DNA of 64,000 nt from Chlorokybus atmophyticus. Its lineage: Eukaryota > Plantae > Mesostigma and Chlorokybus algae. How positions within the stretch are numbered: position 1 is the stretch's first letter; every line of letters starts with the position of its first letter. This document shows, piece after piece, positions 63,888 to 64,000 of the stretch. The DNA lies in assembly GCA_009103225.1 (NCBI GenBank), contig RHPI01000003.1:548566-612565 (forward strand), read 5' to 3'. The notes beneath the pieces are model-generated. The model was given only the letters and a program-made list of their open reading frames with translations. It was not told the DNA's origin and searched no databases. The translations under genes were made by a program, and so were the position numbers.

Positions 63888-64000
63888 CAAGAATTTGCAC
63901 TTCTGTAGCTGGGCATACAACTTGTGTTCGCGCAAACGCTGCAACACGCGCCGTAGAAGTGCCACGTGCTCCTCCTTTGTTGTCGCGTACACCAAAATGT
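63888..64000 (-). pseudogene. RT fragment of family A, truncated on the left; runs off the window end
   Basis: Near-identical to ~5483-5590 (VYATTKEEHVALLRRVLQRLREHKLYAQLQKCKF). Confidence 0.9.

Overview
Eukaryotic nuclear DNA with spliceosomal GT-AG introns. The gene set combines plant-type REC/CLU, APEM9, NBR1 and CCT genes with the cilium gene IFT52, which suggests a flagellated streptophyte alga (inference). The window has three parts. (1) 1-12.2 kb is a nested transposon stack. A decayed Plavaka-like (CACTA/EnSpm-related) transposase lies tail-to-tail with a compact phage/bacterial-type C5 DNA methyltransferase pseudogene. The transposase is split by a 1.5-kb non-coding insert, and the methyltransferase is split inside motif I by an integrase-deleted chromoviral Ty3/gypsy element. 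A tRNA-Glu-like head plus a perfect 21-bp hairpin follows. (2) 13-52 kb is a gene-dense block of eight intron-containing genes in strictly alternating orientation: CCT-domain, APEM9, SMG8, VPS18, IFT52, ISCA, NBR1, REC/CLU. (3) 54-64 kb is a second TE cluster. It holds a full-length decayed chromoviral Ty3/gypsy (TSD CATTT) with an extra, possibly methyltransferase-derived domain between gag and protease, a TA-flanked MITE, a 505-bp TRIM (TSD GATAA), a solo LTR and an RT fragment. The most interesting candidate is the DNA transposon apparently carrying its own cytosine methyltransferase. All family assignments come from motif recognition by eye, and no database searches were run. Most listed six-frame ORFs are intron or microsatellite artefacts.
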